Of a stretch of DNA of 64,000 nt, positions 63,889 to 64,000 are shown piece by piece (positions within the stretch are counted from its first letter, which is position 1; each line of letters opens with the position of its first letter). The position numbers and the translations under genes are program-made. A model generated the notes under the pieces. That model was not told the DNA's origin and did no database searches. It saw nothing but the letters and a program-made list of their open reading frames with translations. Source of the stretch: Deltaproteobacteria bacterium (lineage in GTDB: Bacteria; Desulfobacterota; Desulfobulbia; Desulfobulbales; JAGXFP01). The stretch lies in NCBI GenBank assembly GCA_020056965.1, contig JAGVGT010000072.1, forward strand, positions 6,197 to 70,196. Reading direction: 5' to 3'.

Positions 63889-64000
63889 ATGAAAATCGCC
63901 ATTCTTTCCGATAGTCATGATCATATTCCCAACCTGCGCCAGGCTGTGCACCAGAGTAACCAGAGGGGTTGCGCCCTTCTGATCCACTGCGGCGACCTGA
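63889..64000 (+). CDS. Metallophosphoesterase (YfcE/MJ0936-like), 3'-truncated by window edge
   Basis: My translation: 'MKIAILSDSHDHIPNLRQAV...LIHCGDL'. Motifs I and II of calcineurin-like phosphoesterases are present. Confidence 0.7.
   Translation, partial: MKIAILSDSHDHIPNLRQAVHQSNQRGCALLIHCGDL

Noticed and set aside
1-64000. A whole-window look for CRISPR arrays, rRNA genes, IS transposases, integrases/recombinases, reverse transcriptases, and in-frame TGA or frameshift recoding in the called genes.
   Set aside because: I saw no regularly spaced repeat array and no transposase or integrase motifs in any frame of the ORF track. No gene needs recoding to reach full length. This was a scan by eye only, so short or degenerate elements could have been missed.

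Overview
This is a 64-kb chromosomal window. GC is high: my hand counts of single 60-nt lines give about 60-68% in core genes. It is densely coded with about 65 protein genes, mostly housekeeping. They include ispG, proS, rel, rpmB, ccsBA, PBP1A, a pabB-pabC fusion, nnr, cysC, queA, ssb, cbpA-like, umuDC, purC, mutL, tsaE, tsaC, a purD-purE fusion, greA, rpoH, lepA, engB, hisGI, slyD, thiD, murI and lolA. System II cytochrome c maturation genes, five c-type cytochromes, an APS kinase and many CBS/PilZ/TPR/Sel1 proteins suggest an anaerobic, cytochrome-rich Desulfobacterota ('deltaproteobacterial') organism. That taxonomic call is inference only. I saw no rRNA, CRISPR array, IS transposase or integrase.

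The one clear accessory segment is a 4.5-kb AT-richer islet inserted at the 3' end of tRNA-Arg(CCT). Perfect 45-bp direct repeats bound it at 22366-22410 and 26889-26933. It has no integrase and carries a single translationally coupled operon: abiEi, abiEii and an 808-aa archaeo-eukaryotic-primase (AEP)/SF2-helicase fusion. Iteron-like repeats sit at its upstream end. This is my best candidate for an undescribed composite defence or mini-replicon module.

Other notable items:
- an OmcS-like hexaheme cytochrome that keeps the 'CHTMHNS' motif
- two tandem paralogous small membrane proteins
- a 228-bp MITE-like element abutting mutL
- REP-like hairpins
- a 17-bp long-range inverted repeat after a small diheme cytochrome
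- a 926-bp AT-rich gene-free region upstream of a MucR-family regulator

All homology statements come from motif recognition by eye. No searches were run.
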